Part shown: positions 1 through 12,073 of the stretch, one piece after another
Layout of the letters: each line of letters starts with the position of its first letter
Position numbering within the stretch: the stretch's first letter is position 1
NCBI GenBank assembly: GCA_019058275.1
Contig: JAHLVW010000062.1
Coordinates: 128,001 to 192,000, forward strand
Source of the DNA: Candidatus Heimdallarchaeota archaeon
GTDB taxonomy: Archaea > Asgardarchaeota > Heimdallarchaeia > JABLTI01
Direction: 5' to 3'
DNA length: 64,000 bases
The notes under the pieces: generated by a model
Seen by the model: the letters and a program-made list of their open reading frames with translations, nothing else
The model's database searches: none
What the model was told of the DNA's origin: nothing
Made by a program: the position numbers and the translations under genes

Positions 1-150
1 CGATATAGAATTAATTACTTTGGAAAAGACTATATAATTGATTCAACTAATGCAAGAAATATTCTGAAGTATAAACCAAAATACAATTTCATTCAGTCCA
101 TGAAGGACATGCTGCTTACATGGTTAAACAAGAATAAAGGACGAAATTAG
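1..150 (+). CDS. C-terminal end of a probable NAD-dependent epimerase/dehydratase (extended SDR), truncated by window edge
   Basis: Frame 1 is open to TAG at 148-150 and reads ...DYIIDSTNARNILKYKPKYNFIQSMKDM..., resembling the D-x-s-kA-x-x-x-LgY-x-P tail of extended SDRs. Confidence 0.5.
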   Translation, partial: RYRINYFGKDYIIDSTNARNILKYKPKYNFIQSMKDMLLTWLNKNKGRN

Positions 151-1464
151 ATGAATGCCAATAAAACTAACACTAGTGAAACGCCAATGAGATTTAAAGC
201 AGGAGCAGTTGACAAACTTACCTATGCATTACAAAAATTTGGTGATCAACAAATTCATGCAATTTTAACCTTTGATGGCACATTTGATGAATTGCGATTG
301 AAAAAAGCATTTAGAATGATACTAGATGCAGAACCCGGACTTGGTAGTAAATTTGTATACCATCCTAAAAAGCCATATTGGGAGCGAAGAACAGATCTAG
401 ATGAAATTGATTATCTTACACTCGTTAAAGTGAAAGATTTTCAAAAGCAATTATTTGATTTTATAGTTACACCATGTAATCCTGAAGTAGATTTACCTAT
501 ACAATTGAGGATTTTGCGAGAAGAAAAACAAGACTCTTTAGTAATAAAAACTAGCCATGCAGTAATTGATGGTGGAGGTATTCAAGAATTCATAGCTTTT
601 TTAGGATTAGTATACCAAGAATTGAAAATCGATCAAAATTATTCTCTACCAATTAATCACGGTAGTAGAGACCTTAAACAAGTGCTTAAAAGATTCAATT
701 TCTTTCAAAAAATGTTTATTTTTCTAAAAAATGTGAGCTCAAAACCAAATTGGGCTTTCCCTTGGATTGGCACTAAACAAGAGAAACCGAACTATATCCT
801 ACGTAGATTTCCACCAGAAGTTTTTCGCAAATTGAAAACATTTGGTAAAAAATTTGGTGCTACTATAAATGATATGATTCTAACAGTTTTCTATAGAGCA
901 ATATTTGAGTTAATTAAACCTAAGCCTAGTAACAAATTAGTCACTGTTGTAACAATTAATTTACGATCCTATCTTCCAAATCAAAGAGGAGAATCTCTTT
1001 GCAATTTATCTACTGCTGCTTATCCTGAGGTATCATATATTCCAAATGAAGATTTTGATAAAACATTGGTAAGAGTAAGAGATGAAATGAAATTTAGAAA
1101 GAGTTCAGCACCAGGAATAGGTCCAGCAGTTTTTATAAATAATGTATTTAGAATGAGATTTGATAAAGTAGTTAATTCAATTAGGAAAAGATGCTTAAAA
1201 GATCTAAAAAGAAATGCAACTCATCCAGTATTTACTAATGTTGGGTTAATAAGAACAGAGGATTTTAATTTTGGAGATATTAAACCGTTTGATGGTTACT
1301 TGATGACTCCAATCATGAAAGCTCCTGGGTTTATTTTTGGGGTCATGACCTTTAATGAGAATTTATCTATATCCTCAGGATTCTATGAAGGTTCATACGA
1401 TAAAGCAACATTTGAGAAGTTCTTTGATTTAGTAGAAAAAGAACTAAAAGCAATTAAAGGATAA
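151..1464 (+). CDS. Condensation-domain / CoA-dependent acyltransferase superfamily protein
   Basis: SHAVIDGGG (HHxxxDG variant), ATINDMILT, TINLRSYLP and FTNVG motifs. Confidence 0.8.
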   Translation: MNANKTNTSETPMRFKAGAVDKLTYALQKFGDQQIHAILTFDGTFDELRLKKAFRMILDAEPGLGSKFVYHPKKPYWERRTDLDEIDYLTLVKVKDFQKQLFDFIVTPCNPEVDLPIQLRILREEKQDSLVIKTSHAVIDGGGIQEFIAFLGLVYQELKIDQNYSLPINHGSRDLKQVLKRFNFFQKMFIFLKNVSSKPNWAFPWIGTKQEKPNYILRRFPPEVFRKLKTFGKKFGATINDMILTVFYRAIFELIKPKPSNKLVTVVTINLRSYLPNQRGESLCNLSTAAYPEVSYIPNEDFDKTLVRVRDEMKFRKSSAPGIGPAVFINNVFRMRFDKVVNSIRKRCLKDLKRNATHPVFTNVGLIRTEDFNFGDIKPFDGYLMTPIMKAPGFIFGVMTFNENLSISSGFYEGSYDKATFEKFFDLVEKELKAIKG

Positions 1465-1517
1465 CATGATTTATTTTAATAGAAATTCTTTTAATCTTTC
1501 AACCAATTGAGTTATGC

Positions 1518-2321
1518 ATGAAGTCAGTGATAATACTAACACAGCCAAGAAGTGGATCATCGTTATTAGCTGGAATACTTCATAGATTTGGAGTTTATAT
1601 GGGAGAAGAAAAGGATCTAATGATGAGTCAGCACAAAAACAAATTAGGCTCGTATGAAAATCAAGCTTTTCTCAAATTAAGTCATAACATTCTGTTTAAA
1701 GCTAAAAGATTAATGCTATACTGGAAAAGACTTAGTGATGAAGATGGAAAAGTTGAATCTGCTGTTAAGGACTACGAAGAGGAATTAGTTAAACTTATCA
1801 AAGATACTGAACGTAATTTATGGGGATTCAAAGAAGCGGTCTTAATTTATACTCTGCCTTATTTTCACCATCATTTAAAGAATCCTTACTATATTATATT
1901 GAATCGTGACCCAGAAAGTGTAGCAAATTCGCAAGCACGAGCTGGAAAGTTAAGGAATTGGTGGCCGGAAATTAGAACTGAATTTTCTTATTTCAAACCA
2001 CATCAATGGTTTGTCTTGTTTGGTAGAACATTGCGAACTACATTTACCAAGGGATTTCTTTACAGAAATAAAAAATTCATAGCAGAGCTCACAAAAGATG
2101 GTCAAAAACGAATAGATGAATTTGTAAACGATAAAAAATATATCCGAATAAATCTTCTTGATTTAGTTAATGAACCCAAAAAAGCAATTGAGGAAATCGT
2201 CAAATTCTTAGAAATAAAACCAACAGATGAACAAATGAAAGATGCACTTAATTTTATTCATCCAGAATTAATAACATCAGAAATTGGTACAATGGACGAT
2301 AATTTAATAGGCAAATCTTGA
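1518..2321 (+). CDS. Sulfotransferase family protein
   Basis: PAPS-binding loop QPRSGSSLL, WGFKE, 3'-phosphate-binding motif RDPESVANS. Confidence 0.85.
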   Translation: MKSVIILTQPRSGSSLLAGILHRFGVYMGEEKDLMMSQHKNKLGSYENQAFLKLSHNILFKAKRLMLYWKRLSDEDGKVESAVKDYEEELVKLIKDTERNLWGFKEAVLIYTLPYFHHHLKNPYYIILNRDPESVANSQARAGKLRNWWPEIRTEFSYFKPHQWFVLFGRTLRTTFTKGFLYRNKKFIAELTKDGQKRIDEFVNDKKYIRINLLDLVNEPKKAIEEIVKFLEIKPTDEQMKDALNFIHPELITSEIGTMDDNLIGKS

Positions 2322-2348
2322 AGTATAGGTCATTGAAAGTGGATTATT

Positions 2349-3172
2349 TTGATTATTGATGGACATGCACATGCAATAGCAGAATTAGCTGATACAGAAT
2401 CACTCGTTGAAATAATGGATTCCCTTAATGTTGATAAAGTAGTTTTATGTCCTGGTGGAACAACTGATACTAAAGCTAAATTTAGTAGACCAAAATTCAA
2501 AGAAAGTTTTTTCACAACTAGACCATTAATAATATTATTCTTTAATAGATTCCTTCGAAGGGTTTCTCGAGTATAAAAAATAGGGATACAGGAAACACAC
2601 TTGTTTCTGAGATAGCTAAGGAATTACCAAACAGAATAATTCAATTTTATTGGGTAAACGTTCTAGATCCGAAATATCTTGCTAAACTCAAAGAGTCTTA
2701 CGAGAAATGGAATTTCAAAGGTTTAAAACTACATCAATGTGTTGTACCATTTAAAATTGACTCACCTGAACTAGTTGGACTAATTGAATTTGCAAGAGAG
2801 AAAGGATTGCCAATTTTCATTCATATCTATAATTTCAAAGAAGCGAATAAATTTGTTGAATTTGTAAGAAGATTTCCAGAAGTAAATTTTATTTTAGCTC
2901 ATTTAATGGGATTGGAGAATTTCGTAAAGAAAGGTAAGGGTCTTAAAAATATCTATTTTGATATATCAACTTCTTACATAATAAACCAGAGACGAATAAA
3001 AAAAGCAATGAAACATTTTGGCGTAGATCATGTTCTTTTAGAATCCGATTCCCCAATAGGATATGATAATCTAAAAAACAATATTGAGAAAATCCAAAAA
3101 ATGAAAATCTCTAAATTGGAGAAAGAAATGATTCTTGGTTAAAATATAGCTAAATTATTGAATCTACTATGA
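2349..3172 (+). pseudogene. Amidohydrolase_2 family metallohydrolase, disrupted
   Basis: IIDGHAH, FKGLKLH, PIFIH, LAHLMG, ESDSP motifs spread over fragments; stop/frameshift near 2574-2590 and TAA at 3140 before NIAKLLNLL. Confidence 0.75.
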
Positions 3173-3198
3173 TAAGATACTATAATCTAATCAAATCT

Positions 3199-3462
3199 TT
3201 ATAGCTTTTTTCCTTTTCTTTTAATTATATAGATAACAGTTCCATCTTCTTGTTCAGTAACGGAAGTAATTTCATGACCGAAATTTCGGCAGAACTTAGG
3301 GATACTATTAAATGCATGAGGAGTGTCAGTAAGAACTTTCAAGAATCCTCCCATTGGAACTTTTCGTATTCTTAATCTAACTCTCAACGACGGAATTGGA
3401 CAAGGAAGACCCTTGGTGTTGATAGTTAAATCAATCTTTTCTTCCTTTGACATCTCATTCAA
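3199..3462 (-). CDS. TusA/SirA family sulfur carrier protein
   Basis: INTKGLPCPIP motif, LKVLTD, about 85 aa. Confidence 0.85.
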   Translation of the reverse strand: MNEMSKEEKIDLTINTKGLPCPIPSLRVRLRIRKVPMGGFLKVLTDTPHAFNSIPKFCRNFGHEITSVTEQEDGTVIYIIKRKGKKL

Positions 3463-3599
3463 CTATATTATTGAATACAACTAATAAACTATTACTGTAT
3501 TTAGATGGATTTTATTGTCTATAGAAAATAACTCAAGATTACATAGATTCTAAATCCAGATTTTTTTATTCCATAAAAATAATGTTTCTATTGTTTATT

Positions 3600-4274
3600 A
3601 TGAATAGAAAAGATCCATTGAAATCAATTCAATCACTTAAGAAATGGGTAGATAGTAATGGTAGAGTTGATTATCAATCAATAAAGAATGATGCTTGGTT
3701 CCAAGAGCATATTACAACTATAAAAAATACTGATCTCAGCAATTACAATTATAATGAGGAATTTGCATTTTGGCTCAATACCTATAATTTACTAACAATT
3801 GAAGGGATTTGTATTGAATTGAAACGAAAAAGTAATTGGAAAGGGAATTTAACACTATTATCAAAGTTAAAATTCTTTATTCTAAGGAAATTTAAAGTTG
3901 GTAATAGAAAATTAATTTTGAATTATATTGAACATAAAATACTTAGAAAAAAGTTCAAAGATCCTAGAATCCATTTCGTAATTAATTGTGGAAGTGCAAG
4001 TTGTCCATTTTAACCAAATCAACTGATATCTCCCGATAAAATTGATAAAACACTTGATGGTTTAACATCTTTTTTCATAAATTCTGGCAATGTAATTTTT
4101 AATAATCAAACAAATGAATTACACCTTTCAAAAATCTTCAAACGGTATAAAAGAGACTTTAGAAACAGTGGAGTTTTGAAATTCATACTAAAATATTGGA
4201 AAAAAGAAGTATTTTCAACAGACAATGTAAAAATTAAGTATGCTAAATATAATTGGAGTTTAAACTCGCAATAA
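3600..4274 (+). pseudogene. DUF547 family protein, frameshifted near 4010
   Basis: GRVDY, AFWLNTYN, IEHKILR, DPRIHFVINCGSASCP; continues in another frame (LSKIFKRYKRDF...YNWSLNSQ*). Confidence 0.75.
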
Positions 4275-4415
4275 ATAGTACATTTTGTAAATTATTCCCA
4301 TTACTCAGATGAAAGATATCTTTCACCAGTATCTGGTAAAATAATTACAATCTTTTCTTTTTTATTCTTCCTTTTACATTTCCGATTCACAAAATGAAAA
4401 AAAAATGAAGAAATT

Positions 4416-5792
4416 CTAAGATTTTTTCCAATAGGTGTAGATTAAACCTAAAATCACAGTTATTGCAAAAAATCCAAGAATAATTCCGATAATTGTTCCA
4501 AAAATTACACCATAAGGTCCTTGCGTTGGAAAATTAGTAAAAGTATGATCTTGGTAAACTACAATATATATGTCATAATCACTTGTTGCATTATATCTAC
4601 TACCAATAGAATATAGTAGACCACTTTCTACAGAAATGTCACTTACACGATCACTGTATTCACTTCTATAACTAATATCCCAAAGCAATGTTCCATTTGG
4701 TAAAAATTCAGCAACAGCTATATAATCAGTACCATTCATGTAATCACAAGTACTAACTATAACTGGATTTCCATGTCGATTAATGTCAATTGCTTTACCA
4801 AAATCGTTATCCAAGTCCCAAGTAACATTCCAAATGATTTCTCCAGTTGTGGCATTAAACTTCACAAGTAAAGTATCGTTGTTGGTTCCTGGTAGTGAAA
4901 TTTCAGGTCCTAAACCTCCAATAACATAAACTGCTCCATTGAAAAGAATCATATCATTTCCGTAATCTGCTGGATTGGTTCCTCCATAGGAAGTATTCCA
5001 CACAAGATCTCCATTACTATCTAATTTTATTAAAACCAAATCTTGGTAGTTGACACCTGGAGTATTGTTAGTTGAACCACCAATGAAGATATTTCCACTA
5101 GAATCAATTTGCAAATCTCCTGGAAAAACTAGTTCTTTTGGTGCAGTTTCACCATGATAATAGGTAGTTTTGTATGAACCACTTGAATCATATTTTTGAA
5201 TAAAGAGGAATCCATTGGAATTATTTGTAGTTCCTGCAACGTAGATAATATCATTGCTAGCAACTGTCAAACAGTCTACAGTATCTTCTTGATCTGCTAT
5301 GTGTCTTTTTTCATCCCACAATAGAGTTCCATTTGGAGCGTATTTTAACAAGAAAGCATCATGAGTAAAAGTTCCAGGAGGAATTTGAGTCACAATTGTT
5401 CCAGCGATGTAAATATTGTTATTTGCATCAAAAGCCAAATCAGCTGGTCTAGCAAAATCATTTGTGGCCCATGATACATTCCACTGCAATTCATAGTTTG
5501 TATCATATTTTATAACGTAAACATCTTCACCAACTACACCAAAGGATTTAGAGTAACAAGTAACAACTAGATCTCCATGTGAATCTAATTTTCCAAAAAC
5601 ACTTCCTTCTTCTTGATCTCCACCCCATTTAATTATTTTAACGGGAGTATCAAAATACCCAAAGTGTTCTACATCATAAGCAACTACTTGGGTATTTAAA
5701 ACAACAAATAAATTTGATACAAATAAAAGAGACACGAGTATAATAAATGGGATTTTAAGTTTTATCTTCAAAATATGTCCTCCAGATTCCAA
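4416..5792 (-). CDS. Secreted membrane-anchored beta-propeller (SBBP-repeat-like) protein
   Basis: Signal peptide, repeats such as DANNNIYIAGT / LLKYAPNGTLLW, C-terminal TM helix + KK. Confidence 0.75.
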   Translation of the reverse strand: MESGGHILKIKLKIPFIILVSLLFVSNLFVVLNTQVVAYDVEHFGYFDTPVKIIKWGGDQEEGSVFGKLDSHGDLVVTCYSKSFGVVGEDVYVIKYDTNYELQWNVSWATNDFARPADLAFDANNNIYIAGTIVTQIPPGTFTHDAFLLKYAPNGTLLWDEKRHIADQEDTVDCLTVASNDIIYVAGTTNNSNGFLFIQKYDSSGSYKTTYYHGETAPKELVFPGDLQIDSSGNIFIGGSTNNTPGVNYQDLVLIKLDSNGDLVWNTSYGGTNPADYGNDMILFNGAVYVIGGLGPEISLPGTNNDTLLVKFNATTGEIIWNVTWDLDNDFGKAIDINRHGNPVIVSTCDYMNGTDYIAVAEFLPNGTLLWDISYRSEYSDRVSDISVESGLLYSIGSRYNATSDYDIYIVVYQDHTFTNFPTQGPYGVIFGTIIGIILGFFAITVILGLIYTYWKKS

Positions 5793-6067
5793 ACTACTTT
5801 CTGTAATGATTATAAAGTCATCTAATATTTTAGTAATTCCATATTAAATTGCTTTGCAGTAACTACAACTATTTTGAATCATTAAATAATGTGAAAATTT
5901 TAGAGAAAATTATTCTAAGATTAAAAAAAACCTTCTACCAATCTATTTTGGCAAAGTAGAAAACTAAAAATGTCTGACGAAACCATTTTATTGAATAACC
6001 TTTGCAGAGAGAAATAAGTATTTTAAAAGATTCTTATTTTATTAACCGTATTATATTTTAGCTAAAC

Positions 6068-8265
6068 ATGCATTTGGAATACAGGATAAAGATGGAAAAA
6101 GATACCTTACAAGAAATTGAAAGTTTACTTGAAACAGACGATTTTCCATCTGCAGATAAATTAATGAAAAAATTTGATATGGCTAATTTTTCAAAAGAAC
6201 AAAACATCAATATGCTGATTTTGAAGGGAAAAATCAAGAATGGTTTAGGATATCCTGATGAAAGCTTAACACTTTCAGATAAAGCACTTGAAGAGAGTAT
6301 TAACCTTGGTGAATTGAATCTCGAAATTGATTCATATATCAACAAACTTTCTGCAATGTTATCTCTAAATCAAAATGACAAATTCCTACTTATTTATAAC
6401 AAAGCAGAAAAAAAATTAGCTTAACAGAAGCAAATTGATTCTAGTGACTATTTGGTCCGAAAAGCAGAACTCGTGCAATTGAAAGGGATGTTTTTTGAAG
6501 AAATGGGTGAACATGATGAATCATTGAATTTGTACAACCAAGCAAATAAGATATTCAAGAAACTAAAATTGCTTAAACAAATAGCAATTTCAAATCAAAA
6601 AATACCCCATATAATTAGATTGAAAGGTGATCGAGACAAATCAATGGAAATTCTAAAAGAAACACTTCCAATTAGTGAAAAATCTCAATCAAGAAAAGCT
6701 ATTAGCAGTGTGATAGGTAGTATTGGGGTAATTCTTTGGTTAATGGGACAACACAAAGAATCCTTAAAATATACAGAAAAATCTTTGGAAATAGTCAAAG
6801 AAATGGGAAACAAGAGGAGTTATGCAAGAGTTCTAAATAATATCGGATCTGTTCATTATATGCTAGGTGAATTGAATTTATCACAAGATTACTATTAAAA
6901 GGCTATTTCCAATCTTGATGTTAAAAATGATAAAATGACTATAGCTTTTATTAATTATAATATTGGAATGATATAACAACAAAAGGGTGAACTAGATAAA
7001 GCACTAGATAATATGACTACTAGTTTAAGAATAGTCCAAAATGCAGGTAGAATAATAAACGTTATAGCATTCATGAATAGTATAGGTAAGGTATATCGCC
7101 AAAAGGGTGATTTTGAACAGGCATTAGCACACCTCCAAATGTCCTATCAATTAAGGGATAAGATTGAAAATAATCTTCCTGTTTCAAAAACTTTGTATTA
7201 TCTCATTTCTGTCTGTTTAGATGAAAATAATATATCCCTGGCTAAGAATTATTTAGAAGAATTACAAAGTATGGCTAAAATTGAAAACAATCAATTGATA
7301 GCTCAAAGAGCAATTATTTCTGAAGCATTGCTTCTAAAATTAGAGACGCGTTCAAAATACTGAGTTAAAGCTGAAGAATTACTCTATAAAATAATTAGAA
7401 GCGAAATTATAGATAATGAGTTATTTATTGATGCAACTTTGAATTAATCCGAGATGTTACTATTAGAGCTCAAAATGACAAATAATATTGAACTGTTGGC
7501 AGAAGTAAAATCTCTAACAAACAAGCTATTAGAGATAGCTAAAAAACAAAAATTGCAATCGCTTCTTGCTGAAGTATTTTGGTTACAATCACAAATTGCA
7601 TTAATTGAATTTGAAATTAAGGAAGCAAGACAGCTGCTAAATCAAGCTGAAATTATTGCAATAGAATTGGGGTATGAACGATTAGGCTATAGAATTTCAA
7701 AACAACACGATGTGCTATTTGATCAAATAGATGAATGGGAATTATTAGTAAGGCAAAACGCCCCCTAATTAAAAGAATGGATGCTGCAAAACTTGAAGAA
7801 TTTCTTTTGGGTATCTTCCGACAAAGGACATTCGATATACCTACTTTGCCAGAAGAAGAAGCTATAATGTTACTTTTCTTTAAATCTACAGGAATTCCTA
7901 TTTATTCTAAAAATTTCTTGCCTGAAAAGGATAGACTAGATGATTCACTAATAAGTGGATTTTTAACTGCAATAAATGCTTTTATTAGAGAAGCTTTTGA
8001 AGCGACAGGATCAGTTGAAAGAATAAAGCACAATGAATATACACTTATTATTCAATCATTTAATTCACTTCTAATGTGCTATGTTTTCAAAGGACAATCA
8101 TTTTCAGCTATGCGAAGAGCTTCCCAGTTTATTAGCTTAATGAAAAGGGATGAAACTCTCTGGCAGGATATTGTAAAAAAATTAGAATCAACTGAACCAC
8201 TTAGTGTTGAAAAAGAAGATTCATTAAACAAAATAATTGATAAAGTATTCCCAGTAATCTCATAA
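6068..8265 (+). pseudogene. TPR repeat protein with C-terminal longin/roadblock-like domain, disrupted
   Basis: Four ORF fragments in one frame separated by in-frame stops (TAA 6422, TAA 6896, TAA about 6974, TGA 7361, TAA about 7445) plus a frameshift near 7760; TPR motifs (LNNIGSVHYMLG); C-terminus GIPIYSKNF...LISGFLTAINAF...IKHNEY paralogous to 13228-15426. Confidence 0.75.
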
Positions 8266-8419
8266 CAAGTAATTTGATATCTGTCACTACTACGCGCCAA
8301 AAAATATCTAAATAATGAAAGGATAATCATAATGAAAAATTTCGAAATTTAATTTAAAAAATGAAAATTATAATATGAGAAAAGGTTCAAGGGATACTCC
8401 AAATATGGGAGCATAAAAC

Positions 8420-9886
8420 ATGTGCCCGAAAAACAATAAAGAGTGTTTTGCTAAAAAGAAATCTCAAGTGCAAAAAAAATCTATAGATAAGAAGAGTAAA
8501 AATAAGAATTCAATTAATCTTACGCTTGAGAATAGATACAAAAATCTTTTCGAATTGACAAATGATGCATTATTTATAATAAGTATCGATGGCATATATT
8601 TGGAGGTCAATCAAAGAGCATCTGAAATATTGGGCTATTCTATTGATGAGTTGATCGGCAAATCAGCTTTTGAATTTATTGCTTCTGAAGATAATAGCAA
8701 CGCAAAGAATGTTTTAGCATCTTTGCAACAAGGTAAAGCTTTTTCATTGTATGAAAGAAAATTTAAAAGAAAAAATGGTGAAGTTTTTCCAGCTGAAATT
8801 AATGTATCAGTTGTATTTGATAATGATGGTAAACCTGCGTATATTCAAAGTGCTGTTCGAGATATTTCAGGAAGAAAGAAAATTAAATCAGAACAGAAAA
8901 GAAGCGAGGAAAAATATCGTGCGTTGTTTATGCTTGCAAATGATGGTATTGTAGTCATTGATGCGGAAACAGGTATAATAGTTGATGCTAATCCCGAATT
9001 TGAACGACAGACGGGACGTTCAAAAACCGAATTAGAGAAATTTAGAATATGGGAATTACGACCTCTAGAACAACAAGATATTGCTAAAGAAAAATTTTAT
9101 GAAATTGTAAACATGGGAGCTGGTTTTGCTAGAAATTTAAATCTAATGAGACCTGATGATAAAATTACTCCAATAGATTTCACATCTAAAGTAATCAAAA
9201 TACATGATAAGAAATACATTGAAAGCATAAGCAGAGACATTTCAGATTTTAAACAAGCAGAAGAATTATTACACAAGCAAAAAGATGAATTGGAATCATT
9301 TGCATCTACGGTAGCACATGATATAAGTGGAAAATTACAAATAATATCTTTATACAATGAATTGATCAGTGATTCAATTTACACAGAGAAAATCAGTGAA
9401 CAAATAAATGATATTGTAAAATTTTTGAATGATCTATTATTTTTGGCTAAAGAAGGAGAAATAATTGGTAAGTTAGAAAGTGTTAATCTAAATAGAATGA
9501 TGGTTAACATAGTCGAAAAAGTCTTAACATTGCAACCAACTTTAGAAATTAAAATTAGTAATCTTCCAACTATAAAAGCTGATCCCCAGAAGCTAGAACA
9601 AGTTTTTGAAAATTTAATTATGAATGTTGTAAAACATGCGAAAGCAACTGAATTAGAAATCTACTCTAAAAAAGAAAAGGATGAACTTTTCATTTATGTC
9701 AAGGATAATGGACTTGGTATGACGAAGGATATGCAAGAAAAAATCAAACGTTCATGGGAAACTAATAAATATTCCACTTTAGGTTTAATGATTGCTAAAA
9801 AAATCGTCTATGCGCATAAAGGAAAAATTAGTTTTGAGAGTGAAGAAGGAAAAGGAACACTTTTTGTTATATTATTTCCAAAATAA
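8420..9886 (+). CDS. PAS-PAS sensor histidine kinase
   Basis: Two PAS/PAC domains, H-box VAHDISG, N-box NLIMNVVKH, G1 DNGLG, EGKGTLF. Confidence 0.9.
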   Translation: MCPKNNKECFAKKKSQVQKKSIDKKSKNKNSINLTLENRYKNLFELTNDALFIISIDGIYLEVNQRASEILGYSIDELIGKSAFEFIASEDNSNAKNVLASLQQGKAFSLYERKFKRKNGEVFPAEINVSVVFDNDGKPAYIQSAVRDISGRKKIKSEQKRSEEKYRALFMLANDGIVVIDAETGIIVDANPEFERQTGRSKTELEKFRIWELRPLEQQDIAKEKFYEIVNMGAGFARNLNLMRPDDKITPIDFTSKVIKIHDKKYIESISRDISDFKQAEELLHKQKDELESFASTVAHDISGKLQIISLYNELISDSIYTEKISEQINDIVKFLNDLLFLAKEGEIIGKLESVNLNRMMVNIVEKVLTLQPTLEIKISNLPTIKADPQKLEQVFENLIMNVVKHAKATELEIYSKKEKDELFIYVKDNGLGMTKDMQEKIKRSWETNKYSTLGLMIAKKIVYAHKGKISFESEEGKGTLFVILFPK

Positions 9887-9925
9887 TTATTAGTATAATT
9901 TTGTAGACAAATTTAGTGATATTTT

Positions 9926-10911
9926 ATGTCAAAGATTCAGGTTATTTTTTTCAAGAAAGGGCAAGAAAACACTATTGCAGAAATACATAATGATGCATTT
10001 CACTACTCGATTGAAAAATTAGGTACGCTATAGGATACAAAAAAATAACAACTCAAGATGTAAAAGATTGGACAAACATTAAAGATAGTTTTATTTTAAT
10101 TGTATATTCGAATAATATTTCTGTTGGATATGTGCATTGTGGAATTAAAGATATAGAAGGTAAAGAGAGGAAACTTAGGAATCTTGTTTTTATTGAGACA
10201 AAAGAAAGTCTTGGGCAAAGTAAAATAGCTGTTATTAAAGAACATCAACGAAAAAAAAAAACAACCTCTAAAATGCTTGCAAAAGTGATTGAGACTGCCA
10301 AGGATTTTAATGCAGAAACTGCATTAGCTTTAGCGTATAACAAAAATATTGTAGCCAATAGACTTCTGACAAAATATGATTTTAAACATGAGAAATCTCT
10401 CTATTATGAACTTTATTCAAAAGAAAAACAATTTATTGGTGATTCTGTTTTAGCTGTATTCGATTTAAAGCAAAATTTACCTTCTATTAAGCTGAACAAA
10501 AATATAACAGTGAGAAGAATAGAAAATAAAGATTTAGTTTCTATGCAAGAGATTTTTGGTGAATGCTGGCTAGATGTTTTTGGAACAAACCCAAGTTATG
10601 CTCAAATAATGGATTGGTATAACTCCCGCTGGGGGGAATTAACCTTAGTTTCAGAATTGAGTGAGCAAGTTGTTGGGTGTATGGAATTTACTTCTTTAGG
10701 AGTTATAGGAATTCCCGGTGTTTTAAAGGAATATCGTAATCAGAAAATTGGTTCCGCATTATTTTATCACTTACTTTTAGAAATGAAAAATAAAAATCTA
10801 GAGAAGGCATTTGCAGATACAGGTTTCATTTTACAAGAAGCAATAAATATGTATAAGAAATTTAATTTCGATCTTTCAAGAGAATTGTGGGCTTGGTTCA
10901 AAGTTCTTTAA
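9926..10911 (+). pseudogene. Tandem GNAT acetyltransferase, frameshift near 10030
   Basis: ATG 9926 (MSKIQVIFF...IAEIHNDAF) is out of frame with ORF 10132-10911, which has GVLKEYRNQKIGSAL and AINMYKKFNF. Confidence 0.65.
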
Positions 10912-11118
10912 TTTAACAATTTTTAAAGAAAAAGTATCCATGGCATTTTTTCTGTTTTATATATAAATACTCAGAAAATAATCGCGAAGTATTTATACAA
11001 TGAAAAACAATAATAATTTGTGGAATCTGATTTAGATAACCGCTCAATACCTGTATTGAAAGTGTTAGGATGTTAGAAATGATGTTTCTATATCAAGTTG
11101 GTCTGGAGGTAAGAATAC

Positions 11119-11292
11119 TTGATTAAAAGAAAGAAAATAGTTAGATCAATAGTTAAAGAATATTGGGAAGAAATCTGCCCTCTTTGTGGAAATTCGGAAC
11201 AACCAATCGTGCAATATTCTGAAGATGACTTTAGGCTTCTGGTCGAACTTAAATGTTCAAAATGCGGTCTAACTGTTTCTTTCAAAAAGTAG
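11119..11292 (+). CDS. 57-aa zinc-ribbon protein (not in ORF track)
   Basis: GGAGGT SD at 11105-11110, TTG start, MIKRKK...CPLCG...CSKCG...FKK*. Confidence 0.7.
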   Translation: MIKRKKIVRSIVKEYWEEICPLCGNSEQPIVQYSEDDFRLLVELKCSKCGLTVSFKK

Positions 11293-11533
11293 AATGCCAA
11301 TCCCACTTTTATACCACCAAAAAAGTCCCTGAAATCATTAAATCTAAAACTTAGCATTTTCAATACACTATTTTAGGAGTTAAAATAATCTTAAAGCCAG
11401 GAATGTGGAAATACGAATAAATTTACCAGAATGGTTTTTAATCATTATTGGATATTTTTCTTTAAGTTATATATATCGACAGAAAAAAATATTAAATACT
11501 AAATGTTAGATAAACCACTTCAAGGTGTAAGAA

Positions 11534-12043
11534 ATGAATAAAAAAACTAAAAGGATTATGCTATTCGGATTGGGGATTTTAGTTATCATTTGTAGCACTG
11601 TCTTATTCCAAAATGTAGCAGCTGATGATTATGATGAAACTCGTCATCATTATTACCTCTATTTTAACTACTACATTGAAGATGCTTTTTATGGCGACTT
11701 CGACGGAGACAATAACGAAGATGATATTAGAATCATTACTATCGTGTCTACTAATTTCGAAGGGCCAATCAATTCATTTATTCGATCAACTATAGTATTA
11801 CCATCAAGATTAACATTTATAATAAACTTTCATTTAATGCTCTTTTCTTCTGGAGATGATTTTCAAATCATAATTACTACCTACAATACTGCATTAGAAT
11901 CAGGACGTTATTTAACTAAATTATATGGCATTTTCTATTTTGGCGATTATCTCTGCTATACCTATGATTATTTTATCTTTGATCCACCCGATGATGGTGG
12001 CGTTGGTGATCCTGGCGTAGAAATTATAGTTGTTTATGCATAA
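11534..12043 (+). CDS. Secreted 'FDPP' protein, paralog 1
   Basis: Signal peptide, YGDFDGDNNEDDI (DxDxD Ca-binding-like), C-terminal FDPPDDGGVGDP; paralog of 22220-22720. Confidence 0.75.
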   Translation: MNKKTKRIMLFGLGILVIICSTVLFQNVAADDYDETRHHYYLYFNYYIEDAFYGDFDGDNNEDDIRIITIVSTNFEGPINSFIRSTIVLPSRLTFIINFHLMLFSSGDDFQIIITTYNTALESGRYLTKLYGIFYFGDYLCYTYDYFIFDPPDDGGVGDPGVEIIVVYA

Positions 12044-12073
12044 AACTAACATAACTATTCGGAAAGTTGTCAT

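Noticed and set aside
6068-7768. Stop-codon reassignment or readthrough explaining the many in-frame stops
   Set aside because: TAA, TGA and TAG all occur, context implies different original residues (Y, L, W, Q), frameshifts co-occur, and all three codons terminate intact genes
11088-11363. 91-aa minus-strand ORF and other short antisense ORFs in the track
   Set aside because: Shadows of better-supported genes on the opposite strand or frame
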